DNA of 15,470 nt from Opitutales bacterium (GCA_049598495.1 JBMYNR010000037.1:1-15470), one strand, 5' to 3'; positions 1 through 9,405 are shown, numbered from the stretch's first letter. The notes: generated by a model from the letters alone, not told the origin. Made by a program: numbers and translations.

Positions 1-27
1 AGGGTTCAAGTCCCTCCCCGAGTACCA
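1..27 (+). tRNA. 3' end of a tRNA gene, truncated by the window edge; probably tRNA-Leu
   Basis: AGGG-TTCAAGT-CCCT forms a T-stem/T-loop, followed by the acceptor 3' strand CCCGAGT, discriminator A24 and encoded CCA (25-27). The anticodon lies outside the window; Leu is inferred from discriminator A and resemblance to tRNA-Leu 3' ends. Confidence 0.85.
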
Positions 28-340
28 TCTAGAATACGGGATCGAGTCTACGCGAAGATAGGGGACGGGCCACATTTATATTAAGTGTCATGCCACTTCG
101 TTTTAAAATAGGTATGATTTGATCCATCTTCAAAATTGAAAAAATCGGGGTTCGAGAGGTCGGCGTCGAGCGAGCTCTACGGGTATATTCCTTGAGTAGG
201 GCCTTTGCTGGTATAGTCGTAATTTCCAGACAGCGGTCTATAAAATACAGCTCTTCATGATGAGGTTTTTTGCCTCATGCTCCCTGGGGTCATGATCTGT
301 TCGTTTTAGAGTATCCGGACTCTGTGAATCCGACAAACTC

Positions 341-1456
341 TTAAAGATCGATCTGCTCGACGATTTCTAGGTCGTATCCGTCGATGCCAACCACTTTGCG
401 CTGTGTGCTGGACATGAGTCGGATCTGCTTGAGTCCGAGTTCGACGAGAATCTGCGCGCCGATGCCGTAGTCGCGGAAGTCCATCTTCGTCGGGCCAACA
501 TCTTTTAGCTCTGCCTTGTCTTCGCTTTCAATCACGCGGATGCCGCCCTGTGGTTGTTCAATGTAGAGGAGCACGCCGTGACCGGCCTCGGAAATGCGCT
601 GCATTGCGGTATTAAGCGAGTTGTAACCGCCGAGTTTTTTGGAACGGAAGATATCACCGAGTAGGTTTTCACTCTGCACGCGGACGAGGGTGGGTGCTTC
701 ATTTAGTTCACCCATGCTGAGGGCAATATGCTGACGGTTGTCGAGTAAGCTACGGAAAATATGTAGATTAAAGGTCCCGAAATCCGATTCGAAGGGTCGT
801 GTAAGGATTTTTTCGACGAGTTTGTCACGTGTGTGTCTGTATTCGATCAAGTCGGCGATCGAGATTAGCTTTAGTTCATGCTTGGCCTTGAACTTGATGA
901 GGTCAGGTAGGCGGGCGAGGGTGCCGTCCTCGTTAAGTATCTCGCAAATCACCCCGCTCGGGTTGAGGCCTGCTAGCTGGGCAAGATCGACGGCAGCCTC
1001 AGTATGTCCTGCTCGTTGAAGGACCCCGCCCGGTTTGGCGCGTAGTGGGAAAACATGCCCCGGTTGCACGAGCATATCGGGCTCCGCTTGCGGGTCGCCG
1101 AGGATTCGGATCGTCTCGGCTCGGTCGTAGGCGCTGATGCCCGTGGTGATGCCTTCGGCGGCATCGACTGATATGGCGAAGTCGGTCTGGTGCGACTCAC
1201 GGTTTTCCGAGGCCATCGGATTGATGCCCAGTCGCCGGAGTTGGTGGGATAACATGGGCACGCAGATAAGACCGCGGGCATGGAGGATCATCTGATTGAT
1301 CGCCTGTGGTGTGACCTTGGAGGCGGCCATAATGAGGTCACCCTCATTCTCCCGTGATTCATCGTCAGTCACAATCACCATCTTGCCGGAAGCGATGTCG
1401 GCTATCGCGGATTCGATGCTGTCGAAGGGGTTCTCGGTTGTCGGTTGGTCACTCAT
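341..1456 (-). CDS. ribB: 3,4-dihydroxy-2-butanone 4-phosphate synthase fused to a degenerate GTP cyclohydrolase II-like domain (RibBA/RibBX type)
   Basis: N-terminal RibB motifs DDESRENEGDL, TTGISAYDRA, PGHVFPL, RAGHTEAAVDL and CEI. The C-terminal RibA-like domain keeps DFRDYGIGAQIL but lacks the Zn-binding cysteines. Confidence 0.95.
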   Translation of the reverse strand: MSDQPTTENPFDSIESAIADIASGKMVIVTDDESRENEGDLIMAASKVTPQAINQMILHARGLICVPMLSHQLRRLGINPMASENRESHQTDFAISVDAAEGITTGISAYDRAETIRILGDPQAEPDMLVQPGHVFPLRAKPGGVLQRAGHTEAAVDLAQLAGLNPSGVICEILNEDGTLARLPDLIKFKAKHELKLISIADLIEYRHTRDKLVEKILTRPFESDFGTFNLHIFRSLLDNRQHIALSMGELNEAPTLVRVQSENLLGDIFRSKKLGGYNSLNTAMQRISEAGHGVLLYIEQPQGGIRVIESEDKAELKDVGPTKMDFRDYGIGAQILVELGLKQIRLMSSTQRKVVGIDGYDLEIVEQIDL

Positions 1457-1537
1457 AGGTTCTGATCTGGGTATGGACTATTTTCAGGAACACGTGGGGC
1501 GCAACCGTCTTTTATTAGGAATCAGCTACTGGCTGTA

Positions 1538-2152
1538 GGGCGAGTCGGACTTGGGAAGCCCTCGCCGCAGTTGAGAAGTTGTTGAGTTGCCGCTTGTGTT
1601 TTGCCCGGGTGTTGTGACTGAACGACAGTCTGAAGAGCGAATCTTGTGGGCGACGACCGATCATTGGACTTTGTCCGCTTTTTCAAGAGCGCAAACTGGC
1701 CTCCATCAGGTCATAGAGGTAGTTTTACGGCAGTTGCAGATGATCGTGCGGAGTAGCCGTTCGATACCGGTTCCTTCGAGTCCCTTCATGCGGAATCGAT
1801 TGAATCCGATGGCATGCTTGATGTTGGCGAAACCACCTTCACAGACGGCGTTGCGCCTGTGGTAGATCGCTCTCCTTACGGAGTCTTTAATCGGCGCTTG
1901 GGTTTGTCCTTCTAATGTTTCTCGATCTCGCAGGGATGATCCGATGCGCGACGCTTTTTCTCCTTGTTCTCCTGATGGGGCGGCGGAACCAGCATCATGC
2001 TCGGTGGATACTCCGTGCTCCCCGCAAATCCGTTGCATCGGCGTGCCTCGTTCCTCGTTTACAAACTTTGTACGCATGCAGCGATACAAACAAATAACTG
2101 ATCACTGACAACTGATGAACTGTCTGGAGAAGCACTTAAGTCCGACAGGCCC
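1538..2152 (-). mobile_element. Internally deleted IS1182-family element (non-autonomous remnant, ~615 bp)
   Basis: Terminal inverted repeats GGGCGAGTCGGACTT (1538-1552) and AAGTCCGACAGGCCC (2138-2152), 13/15 match, enclosing transposase fragments. No clean target-site duplication is visible. Confidence 0.75.
1706..2077 (-). pseudogene. IS1182-family transposase pseudogene (N-terminal stub joined to C-terminal DDE fragment)
   Basis: MRTKFVNEERGTPM (ATG at 2077) resembles IS1182 transposase N-termini. RAIYHRRNAVCEGGFANIKHAIGFNRFRMKGLE...ICNCRK resembles the DDE_Tnp_1_6 C-terminus. An alternate frame reads KH*KDKPKRRLKTP*G just before RAIY, indicating two stops and a frameshift. Confidence 0.8.
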
Positions 2153-2201
2153 ATATACCTATGCTTGCCAAAACAGAGCCTGTTCCGATGATTGATCACA
2201 C

Positions 2202-3344
2202 ATGTCTAACTTTGATCCCAGAAATAAAGTATATAAGGCCCAAGGCGGGATGTTTAGTATCATCGATTTATTGCGCATTTTTGCCGATTCCAAAATGGAG
2301 ATCGACGGTATTTCACGGATATCGGACCTTCACATGAAAGTCGGTGAGCCCGTCCGCTATCGTTACGACGGTGAACTGGAGACGATCGAGGGAGGCGAGG
2401 CTCTGACTGCGGAGCAACTTCGCGAACTTGTTTTCCCACTGCTTACGGAGGAACAGTGCGAGCTGCTCGTCGGCAATACACGGGTGGATATTGATGCAGG
2501 CTTCACTTGGGAAGACGAGAAGATCAACTTCCGTTTGAATGTATTTCATGATCGCGATGGCTTGGCCTGTGTCATGCGTATGTTGCCGAAACATATTCCC
2601 GAGATCGATGAGCTTGGATTTATGAATGACCAGGTCTGGCAGGATTTGGTCGAATTAAAACAGGGTCTGGTTTTGGTGACCGGAGTGACGGGTAGCGGTA
2701 AGTCCACGACGATCGCGAGTCTGATCGATTACATTAACAAGAGCCGGAAGGCCCGAATTATCACGCTGGAGGATCCGATTGAATATGTATTCCGTAGTGA
2801 ACAATCATTGATTTCACAGAGGGAACTGGGTAAGCACCTGCCCGACTTTCCGAGTGGTTTGCGGAGCGCGCTCCGTGAGAATCCGGATGTGATTTACCTA
2901 GGGGAGATTCGGGACGCGGTTACCGCGCAATTGGCACTGACGGCTGCCGAAACCGGGCATCTCGTCCTGTCGACGCTACATACCAAGGATGTAAAAGGAA
3001 CCTTTAGTAGAATCGTCGATTTGTTCCCCTCTGAACGTTCGTCGGAAATCTCCGCTCAACTCTCATTTTCACTGGCCTATGCAATTAGCCAGAAGCTCCT
3101 AGCGCGCAAGTCGGGTGGTGGTCGGGTACCTGTGTTCGAGGTACTGAAGAACAACTCTGCCGTCGCTAATTTAATTCGGACGGCAAAGTTGCATCAAATC
3201 TACAGTAAGATCTCAACGGGATATCAAGAGGGCATGAATACTCTGGAACAGCATCTCATCGCGTTGGTTGAATCGGGAGCCATTTCCAGGGAGGAGGCTA
3301 TTCGTCACGCCAATGAATCGAATATCATTACAGGTTTGGATTAG
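2202..3344 (+). CDS. pilT: PilT/PilU-family type IV pilus retraction ATPase
   Basis: SDLH motif, FRLNVF, Walker [10 protein letters not shown], Asp box ITLEDPIE, Walker [16 protein letters not shown], His box [22 protein letters not shown]-like AVANLIRT and GMNTL. Confidence 0.92.
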   Translation: MSNFDPRNKVYKAQGGMFSIIDLLRIFADSKMEIDGISRISDLHMKVGEPVRYRYDGELETIEGGEALTAEQLRELVFPLLTEEQCELLVGNTRVDIDAGFTWEDEKINFRLNVFHDRDGLACVMRMLPKHIPEIDELGFMNDQVWQDLVELKQGLVLVTGVTGSGKSTTIASLIDYINKSRKARIITLEDPIEYVFRSEQSLISQRELGKHLPDFPSGLRSALRENPDVIYLGEIRDAVTAQLALTAAETGHLVLSTLHTKDVKGTFSRIVDLFPSERSSEISAQLSFSLAYAISQKLLARKSGGGRVPVFEVLKNNSAVANLIRTAKLHQIYSKISTGYQEGMNTLEQHLIALVESGAISREEAIRHANESNIITGLD

Positions 3345-3381
3345 ATTTGCCAAACAGTCGCGGCCGTAAAATTCTCTCACA

Positions 3382-4779
3382 ATGATGGCAGATGGAAATA
3401 AACAGGTGACATGGGGTGGCCGGTTCTCTGAAGGACCGGCGGATCTTATGCTGCGCATTGGTGAATCGGTCTCTTTTGACCAACGGCTCGCTACCTTTGA
3501 TGTGCAGGGGAGTAAAGCGCAAGCTGCTATGCTCGCGCATGTCGGCATCATCACCGCCGACGAATGCGAGGCGATCCGGACGGGTCTCGATGCGATTCTT
3601 GCGAAGATTGAAGCGGGTGACTTTGCCTGGGACCCCGCTCTGGAAGATGTTCACATGAATATCGAGCAGGCGCTGACAGCTGATGTGCCGGCCGCTAGCA
3701 AGCTCCACACCGCGCGGAGCCGGAACGATCAGGTGGCAACGGATATGCGGCTCTGGTTCAAGTATGCCTGCAAGGAAGTGAGGAAATCGCTCGATGCGGT
3801 GGTTGCTGCACTCGTCGATTTAGCCGATAAGACGCAGTCTGTCATTATCCCCGGTTACACTCATTTGCAACGGGCACAGCCTGTTGCGATGGCGCATCAC
3901 TTGCTCGCCTACGTGGAAATGTTTGACCGGGACCGTGAGGCCATCGCTACAGTGCACGAGCAGGCCAATGTCTGTCCGCTCGGTTCTGGAGCGATCGCAG
4001 GCACCACGCTGCCCATTGATCGGGAATTCGTTGCCAAGGAACTCGGCTTCGTTAACGAAAACGGAGAGCCTCAAATAACACAAAACAGCATGGATGCCGT
4101 TAGCGACCGGGATACCTTCATTGCCTTTGCTTCAGCGTGCGCGATGATCGCTGTGCATCTTTCGCGGCTTTCTGAAGACTTCATTCTCTGGAGCAGTGCT
4201 GAGTTCGGTTTTGTGAAATTACCGGACGCCTTCACCACAGGCTCCAGCCTGATGCCTCAGAAGAAGAATCCGGATGCCTTTGAGTTGATTCGGGGGAAGT
4301 CCGCACGGCTCACGGGTAATCTACAAATGCTCCTCACTATGGTGAAAGGTCTTCCGCTGACCTATAACCGGGATTTGCAGGAGGACAAGCCGCCCGTTTT
4401 TGATAGTTTCGACCAGATTACATTGATGCTCGATTCCGTAGCTGCATGCCTCCCCGGAGTGGATGCTGTGCCGGAACGCTGCGCGGCCGCTGTCTCTGAT
4501 ACCGCACTGCTGGCAACTGACGTGGTGGATTATTTGGTTCGGGCGGGTGTGCCCTTTCGGGAAGCGCACCACGTCGTCGGTGCCTTGGTTGGGCTCTCTG
4601 AAAAACTGGAAACGCCACTCAACGAGTTGCCTTATGATGAGGTAAAGAAGATTCACGATGCCCTCGGCGAAGACTGGGTTGATGTCTTTGACTTGAGTAA
4701 AGCGCTGGCTGGTCGGGAAAAACCCGGGATGCCTGGTCCTAAACAGGTCGCTGCTCGGATTGCCCATTGGCGAGGCTGA
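3382..4779 (+). CDS. argH: Argininosuccinate lyase (start at 3382 or 3385)
   Basis: [38 protein letters not shown], fumarase-superfamily signature [12 protein letters not shown] and YNRDLQEDK. Confidence 0.98.
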   Translation: MMADGNKQVTWGGRFSEGPADLMLRIGESVSFDQRLATFDVQGSKAQAAMLAHVGIITADECEAIRTGLDAILAKIEAGDFAWDPALEDVHMNIEQALTADVPAASKLHTARSRNDQVATDMRLWFKYACKEVRKSLDAVVAALVDLADKTQSVIIPGYTHLQRAQPVAMAHHLLAYVEMFDRDREAIATVHEQANVCPLGSGAIAGTTLPIDREFVAKELGFVNENGEPQITQNSMDAVSDRDTFIAFASACAMIAVHLSRLSEDFILWSSAEFGFVKLPDAFTTGSSLMPQKKNPDAFELIRGKSARLTGNLQMLLTMVKGLPLTYNRDLQEDKPPVFDSFDQITLMLDSVAACLPGVDAVPERCAAAVSDTALLATDVVDYLVRAGVPFREAHHVVGALVGLSEKLETPLNELPYDEVKKIHDALGEDWVDVFDLSKALAGREKPGMPGPKQVAARIAHWRG

Positions 4780-4801
4780 AGGCTGATGCGGGCACTTGCT
4801 G

Positions 4802-5536
4802 ATGCACTTTTATTTATTACGTCCTTTAGGATTCTGGCTCTGTCTTTGGGGAATTTTTTCGCAGTGGCTCGTCGCGGACGATGTCAGCCATTTTGTTGAC
4901 TGGCTTCTGGAGGACGGCGAGCGGTTGAAGGATGTTCGCTTTGCTGAGGTTGTTGCTGCTGTGTCCGGGAAAGAAGTCATTGCAGTCGATTCCGATGCTA
5001 AGGATGACTCTCGGCTACTGGATGAACTGGAAGCGGTCTTAGGCCTGTTGTTGCTTGCACTGAACTCTTCGGTTCACCCGGTGCATGAGGTGGGGCGAAT
5101 CAATGAGGTGAGTCGCCACGTTGAGGATTTTCTACTCGCCAAGTTGAATTCAATTGAAGGTCTCAGCTGTAGCATCCCTGCGAATGCATCCGGTGATCTC
5201 CAACGCTCCGGCTACCCGGATCTTCGTTTGGAGTATGAGGCGACAGGACGGGTTTTTTATATCGACCCGAAGGTCTATAAGGCGGGGAGTGAAAATAGTC
5301 GCCTTCGTGCCTTCTATTTCGAGCCGAAGGGAGAAACCAATAAGATCCTGGATGATGCCAGTCATCTAATTGTCGGTATCGCGCATTCCGGTAAGGTTGA
5401 TGGATTTTGGCGCTTCGATTCGTGGAAGATCGTGGATCTGATTGAATTCAAGGTGCGCCTCAAGGCTGAGTTCCAGTCGAGCAATCTCGAGCTCTACCGA
5501 GAAGAACGGGTGCTTTCTTCGGGCCTTGCTGAATAG
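4802..5536 (+). CDS. Hypothetical protein with predicted signal peptide and PD-(D/E)xK nuclease-like motif
   Basis: Long ORF 22 nt after argH on the same strand (ATG 4802 preferred over TTG 4796). Hydrophobic N-terminus ends ...WLVA-DD. Motif GYPDLRL...FYIDPK. Confidence 0.75.
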   Translation: MHFYLLRPLGFWLCLWGIFSQWLVADDVSHFVDWLLEDGERLKDVRFAEVVAAVSGKEVIAVDSDAKDDSRLLDELEAVLGLLLLALNSSVHPVHEVGRINEVSRHVEDFLLAKLNSIEGLSCSIPANASGDLQRSGYPDLRLEYEATGRVFYIDPKVYKAGSENSRLRAFYFEPKGETNKILDDASHLIVGIAHSGKVDGFWRFDSWKIVDLIEFKVRLKAEFQSSNLELYREERVLSSGLAE

Positions 5537-6375
5537 CCCTCTACCGCTTGGATTCCGGTGTCCGTGATTTTGATTCGCCGGGCCTTGTAGAGTTTTCCAA
5601 GTGCCAGCTTGAAGGCTTTTTTACTGGTGTTGAATTTCGCACGAATCGCTTCGGGAGAGGCTTTGTCATTGAAAGGCAGCTCGCCGCCGGCCTTTTCAAG
5701 CTTCTCCATTACGATTTCACTGATCCCTTCCACGCGTCCGTAGCCGGAGGGATCGCGACGGAGATCAATCTTGCCGTCGCGGTGCACTTTTTTGATGTAG
5801 CCGGTAAACTGGTCGCCGGCTTCGAGTCGGTCCGAAGTCTCTTCGTAGTAAAGCAGGCCGCGGAAGCGTTTCTCAACGATCGTCTTGTATCCCAGAGGGG
5901 ACTCGCCGTAAATGAGCACGTGGACGGCTTGGTTGGCTGCGAAGTCCGGCTTTTCGGCGGGCAGGTGGCGGTGCAGGCGGGTGGATGCGACTACACGGTT
6001 GGTATACTCGTCTACATACACCGCGACGATGGCTCCATCGCCTTTGCGAAAACGAATGTCTCCCTGTTCCCTGAAGGGAAGGAGGAGGTCCTTGCTCAGC
6101 CCCCAATCCAGAAAGGCACCCACATCCGGATTTACGCCGACCACCTCTAGGTAGGCGAACTCACCCGCTTGAGTATAAGGCTGTTCTGTTGTGGCGATCA
6201 GCCGATCTTCCGAGTCGTTGTAGACGAATACCTCGACTTCGCCACCGACGGCCATCTTCGGCGTTCCATATTTATTGGGGAGAAGAATTTTACCGTGGCT
6301 TCCACCATCGAGGTAGAGCCCGTGCTCACTCGTCTCGAGAATTTCGAGCGTATTATAGCGTCCGATCTCGGCCAT
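5494..6375 (-). CDS. cvfB: CvfB/YitL-family S1 RNA-binding protein with C-terminal winged helix
   Basis: [60 protein letters not shown] and [14 protein letters not shown] are typical CvfB features. Confidence 0.92.
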   Translation of the reverse strand: MAEIGRYNTLEILETSEHGLYLDGGSHGKILLPNKYGTPKMAVGGEVEVFVYNDSEDRLIATTEQPYTQAGEFAYLEVVGVNPDVGAFLDWGLSKDLLLPFREQGDIRFRKGDGAIVAVYVDEYTNRVVASTRLHRHLPAEKPDFAANQAVHVLIYGESPLGYKTIVEKRFRGLLYYEETSDRLEAGDQFTGYIKKVHRDGKIDLRRDPSGYGRVEGISEIVMEKLEKAGGELPFNDKASPEAIRAKFNTSKKAFKLALGKLYKARRIKITDTGIQAVEGYSARPEESTRSSR

Positions 6376-6376
6376 C

Positions 6377-7261
6377 TTAGTTGATGCGCGTTTCCATCTC
6401 CCGAACGAGTTCGATCAGGGTCGCATTGTTACCGCCAATTGCTTCGAGCGCCGCAACAGCGGCGGCAGTATGGCGTTTGGCTTCTGATTGAGCACCCTCG
6501 ATGCCATGGAGCGCGACGTAGGTCGATTTTTCTGCGGCGGCGTCATTGCCAACGGGTTTTCCCATCGCCTCAGCAGTTGAGGTGGCGTCCAGAATGTCAT
6601 CGACAATCTGAAAGGCGAGTCCGAGGTGCGTGCCGGCTTGCTCAATCATTGTGATCTGCGTGGCTTCAGGTTCAGAAAAATAGAGCCCCATTTTTAATGC
6701 AGCGGTGAGAAGTGCTGCGGTCTTATTCTCGTGGATATACTGTAACGTGTCTGCGTCGACGGGTTTGCCTTCATTCTCGATATCCTCCATTTGGCCGCCG
6801 ATCAATCGCTCACTTCCACTGGCGTCTGCCAATTCATCGATCAACCTTGTCGCGAGCGCCGGCGTGGATGCATATTCTCTTGCGAGTAACTGAAAGGAGA
6901 CGGTGAGGAGGGCATCGCCGGCGAGGACAGCCGTCGCCTCGTCGAACTGTGCATGGCAGGAGGGGCGACCGCGCCGGAGATCACTATCGTCGATTGATGG
7001 TAGGTCGTCGTGAATCAGCGTGTAAGTATGCAGACACTCAATCGCAACGGCGGCCGCTGTCGGATCAGCGGTTGCGTCAAACAGTTCACTGGCAGCAAAA
7101 AGAAGAGTCGGACGGATACGTTTGCCGCCCGACTCCATTGAATAGCGCATGGCGGCGTGCAGGTTCGCGGGCCGGCAACTCGCGGGTGGAAGAAGACGGT
7201 CGATGCCTTCTTCAGCACGGGTGCGATAGATGGCCAATTTTTCTTTTAATACGGAATTCAC
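6377..7261 (-). CDS. ispA: Polyprenyl (farnesyl/geranylgeranyl) diphosphate synthase
   Basis: [60 protein letters not shown] and GKPVGND. Start trimmed to GTG 7261 because the longer ORF overlaps the divergent gene; the exact start is inferred. Confidence 0.93.
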   Translation of the reverse strand: MNSVLKEKLAIYRTRAEEGIDRLLPPASCRPANLHAAMRYSMESGGKRIRPTLLFAASELFDATADPTAAAVAIECLHTYTLIHDDLPSIDDSDLRRGRPSCHAQFDEATAVLAGDALLTVSFQLLAREYASTPALATRLIDELADASGSERLIGGQMEDIENEGKPVDADTLQYIHENKTAALLTAALKMGLYFSEPEATQITMIEQAGTHLGLAFQIVDDILDATSTAEAMGKPVGNDAAAEKSTYVALHGIEGAQSEAKRHTAAAVAALEAIGGNNATLIELVREMETRIN

Positions 7262-7286
7262 TGAGATAGCTTGCAACATACACGTC

Positions 7287-7895
7287 ATGAAGGAAACGCC
7301 AATATTTGAAGAAGTTTTCGAACGTCTGACCAAAGTTCCCGGTTTCTGGTTGAACTTACTCATCGGAGGATTGCTTACGTTTATCCCTGTGGTCAACGTG
7401 TTTGCCTTCGGATATCTGTTTCGAGTCTCGCGAGCGGTTCGAAAAACGGGACAACCTGTCTTGCCTGATTGGGATGACTGGGCGGAGATGTTCTTGGATG
7501 GCCTGCGTTTTACGGTGGTCTGGGTTGGGTATTGGCTTTTGCCGATTCTTCTCGGGGTATTGATGACTTGGCTGATGGCACTCGTTGGTTTAGGTGCGCT
7601 GGCAAATGTCGTCTTATGGTTGATCGTTCTATTGGTGACTGTGCTTTTTAGCTCGGCCCTCTACCGCTACAATATGCGCTGCGAGTTTAGAGACCTGCTT
7701 GATATCATGTTAATCCTGCGCTTGAGCCGAGTCGAACTTCCACGCTTGGTTGTTCCTATGCTCGTTTTTCTAGGACTCATGATTCTCCTGCTTCCATTCT
7801 ACGGTTTTGCGCTGTTTTCCGGCTTCTTGATTCTGATCACTTACACGAGCCTGCGTTTTCGTGCTATTGAGAAGCGGCAATCGGTTTCCTTCTAA
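7287..7895 (+). CDS. DUF4013-family integral membrane protein
   Basis: LLIGGLLTFIPVVNVFAFGYLFRV...LPDWDDWAEMFLDGLR matches the DUF4013 pattern as I recall it, with several hydrophobic segments. ATG 7287 chosen to avoid overlap with ispA. Confidence 0.8.
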   Translation: MKETPIFEEVFERLTKVPGFWLNLLIGGLLTFIPVVNVFAFGYLFRVSRAVRKTGQPVLPDWDDWAEMFLDGLRFTVVWVGYWLLPILLGVLMTWLMALVGLGALANVVLWLIVLLVTVLFSSALYRYNMRCEFRDLLDIMLILRLSRVELPRLVVPMLVFLGLMILLLPFYGFALFSGFLILITYTSLRFRAIEKRQSVSF

Positions 7896-8101
7896 TTGGA
7901 TCTGCTATGGTGAATGTTGAAGCGAATGAGAAAGAAACCAGTGTTATCGGTTTTAGCCTTCATGCCAATATTATGGCCTTATTCGGTGCTTGTCGCTGCT
8001 ATTTCCAGCGAGCTAATTTACCTTTGCATGCCAGTGCGCGCGTGGATTCGATACCTATTGCGGGCATGGAGTCGCTTATTTTATTTCGTTAGATTATTGG
8101 G

Positions 8102-9244
8102 ATGCATCGCTTCCTTGCAGCGTCGTGCTTGCTTCTTATTCTGAAGCTGATTTCTGCGACTTCCTTTAGCCTATCGGCGACTGAGCTTCGGACGATGGGA
8201 AATCGTCACTTTGAGATTGTTGGACCCGATCTTCGCTCGGTTTCCCGAATGAATCATCTCAGTATGCTCACGGTCGAAACTGCGGCACGGTATTTGGAAG
8301 ATGAAGGCCTGTCTTTTCCCATGCCGATTTTGGTCAGTTTGCGCCCGGGGCCTTTCTCGGAGCATGCTGATGCTTACCGGATCCGAGTGCGTGAGCGGGG
8401 AGCCGTCCAAGTTGATGTTCGATGGGAGGCGTCCCTCGAATTGTCGACGGCGATACAAGCCCTGAGCGAGGCGTTGCTCACTCAGTATACGATTTTCAAT
8501 TACGGGCGTAGTATTGATGTGAAAATCCCAGCTTGGCCGGTCGCGTCTGTTGCGGAGGAGACACTCATCGGCTTGCGAGCCTCTCGCTTTCTCGATTCGC
8601 TTTCGGATATTCGCGGAAATCCGCCCCCCGAATTGCTGACGATTCTTAAGTCGAAGCTCGGTAGTCGGGATCGTGCCGCAGATTTTGGATACTGGCTCAA
8701 CCAATGTTTGAAGAGTGCGGGAGTGGATCGAGCGACGATACAACGACTTTTTCGAATGGCTTTGGCAGGGATAAAGATTGATCAGGCATTGATCGTTGCG
8801 ATTCAACCCACCGCGCCCGAATTGGCACCGATCGACCTTGAGGTATGGTGGCAGGAGCGGATGGCGGCATTGCTTGAGCGCGAATATGAGGTGGTGGAGT
8901 CGATGGAGGAGACCAGAATCTGGATGTCCGCAGTATCCAATTTTGATGCACCAATTCAGACAGAGGCAGGCGTGCTTCAAATAAACATACGCACGTTATG
9001 GAAGCACCGCGATTCCGAGGCACTCATTGAGTTGGTTGAGGCGCGTTATGAGATTCTGCGCCTCCGCATGCTCCGAGCGAACCCTGCCTATTTCAATGCG
9101 GCTCATTCTCTTGGAAGTCTGTTCGAAGTATTGTTGCAGGATGGTCCCTCTCACAAGTTTGTCCATGCACTCGCGGTATTTTTGAGCGACATGGAGGACG
9201 CGAAGGCAATGCAGGAGACCATTCAGCTTTATCTAGATTCCTAA
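8102..9244 (+). CDS. Exported hypothetical protein, possibly with a degenerate gluzincin/peptidase MA-like fold
   Basis: 380 aa ORF. Signal-peptide-like N-terminus MHRFLAASCLLLILKLISATSFSLSA. Contains ALSEALLTQY...IPAWPVASVAEE. No HExxH motif. Confidence 0.75.
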   Translation: MHRFLAASCLLLILKLISATSFSLSATELRTMGNRHFEIVGPDLRSVSRMNHLSMLTVETAARYLEDEGLSFPMPILVSLRPGPFSEHADAYRIRVRERGAVQVDVRWEASLELSTAIQALSEALLTQYTIFNYGRSIDVKIPAWPVASVAEETLIGLRASRFLDSLSDIRGNPPPELLTILKSKLGSRDRAADFGYWLNQCLKSAGVDRATIQRLFRMALAGIKIDQALIVAIQPTAPELAPIDLEVWWQERMAALLEREYEVVESMEETRIWMSAVSNFDAPIQTEAGVLQINIRTLWKHRDSEALIELVEARYEILRLRMLRANPAYFNAAHSLGSLFEVLLQDGPSHKFVHALAVFLSDMEDAKAMQETIQLYLDS

Positions 9245-9295
9245 GTTTCTAATTTTAAGAGAATTACAAAACATTTAAAAGAAAGTGACAATTTT

Positions 9296-9324
9296 TTGAA
9301 CGCGGAGTGGGTCCATGCGTCTAT
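9296..9324 (+). promoter_or_regulatory. Putative ECF sigma factor promoter (TGAAC-N16-CGTCTA)
   Basis: AAC at 9299-9301 and CGTC at 9318-9321 with a 16 nt spacer, preceded by an AT-rich tract. Matches the general ECF -35 AAC / -10 CGT consensus. Confidence 0.5.
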
Positions 9325-9326
9325 AG

Positions 9327-9405
9327 GACCATACAGTTTTGTAGTTTTCTGTTTGTTGTTTAGTTGTTTAGAGAACGTCGCTCCCCAGGGAGCGGCGTTC
9401 TTTTG
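9327..9405 (+). ncRNA. Candidate small RNA (~80 nt) with a U/G-rich single-stranded 5' part and a terminator hairpin
   Basis: Lies between the putative ECF promoter and a strong intrinsic terminator, with no start codon for an ORF. Not recognised as a known family. Confidence 0.4.

Noticed and set aside
146..156. GGGTTCGA T-loop-like motif suggesting a second tRNA or att site
   Set aside because: No complementary T-stem, acceptor stem or CCA follows, and I found no duplicate of the tRNA 3' end elsewhere in the window.
1457..1537. FMN riboswitch upstream of ribB
   Set aside because: Only ~80 nt before the IS end and none of the conserved RFN motifs are visible.
1706..2089. 127 aa ORF as a functional protein
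   Set aside because: It is a patchwork of transposase fragments; the middle part is read out of the ancestral frame.
5548..6150. 200 aa plus-strand ORF
   Set aside because: Antisense shadow of the clearly recognisable cvfB.
7262..7396. N-terminal extension of the ispA ORF (and the 7230 start of the DUF4013 ORF)
   Set aside because: The longest-ORF starts make the two genes overlap head to head, and family similarity begins only after 7261 and 7287.
7907..8144. Short ORFs of 61 and 76 aa between the DUF4013 gene and the exported protein
   Set aside because: No recognisable motif or ribosome-binding site, and one overlaps the next gene. Cannot be supported, though a small protein is not excluded.
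8171..8980. 269 aa antisense ORF
   Set aside because: Lies entirely opposite the 380 aa signal-peptide ORF, has Arg/His/Cys-rich non-protein-like composition and no motifs; a shadow ORF.
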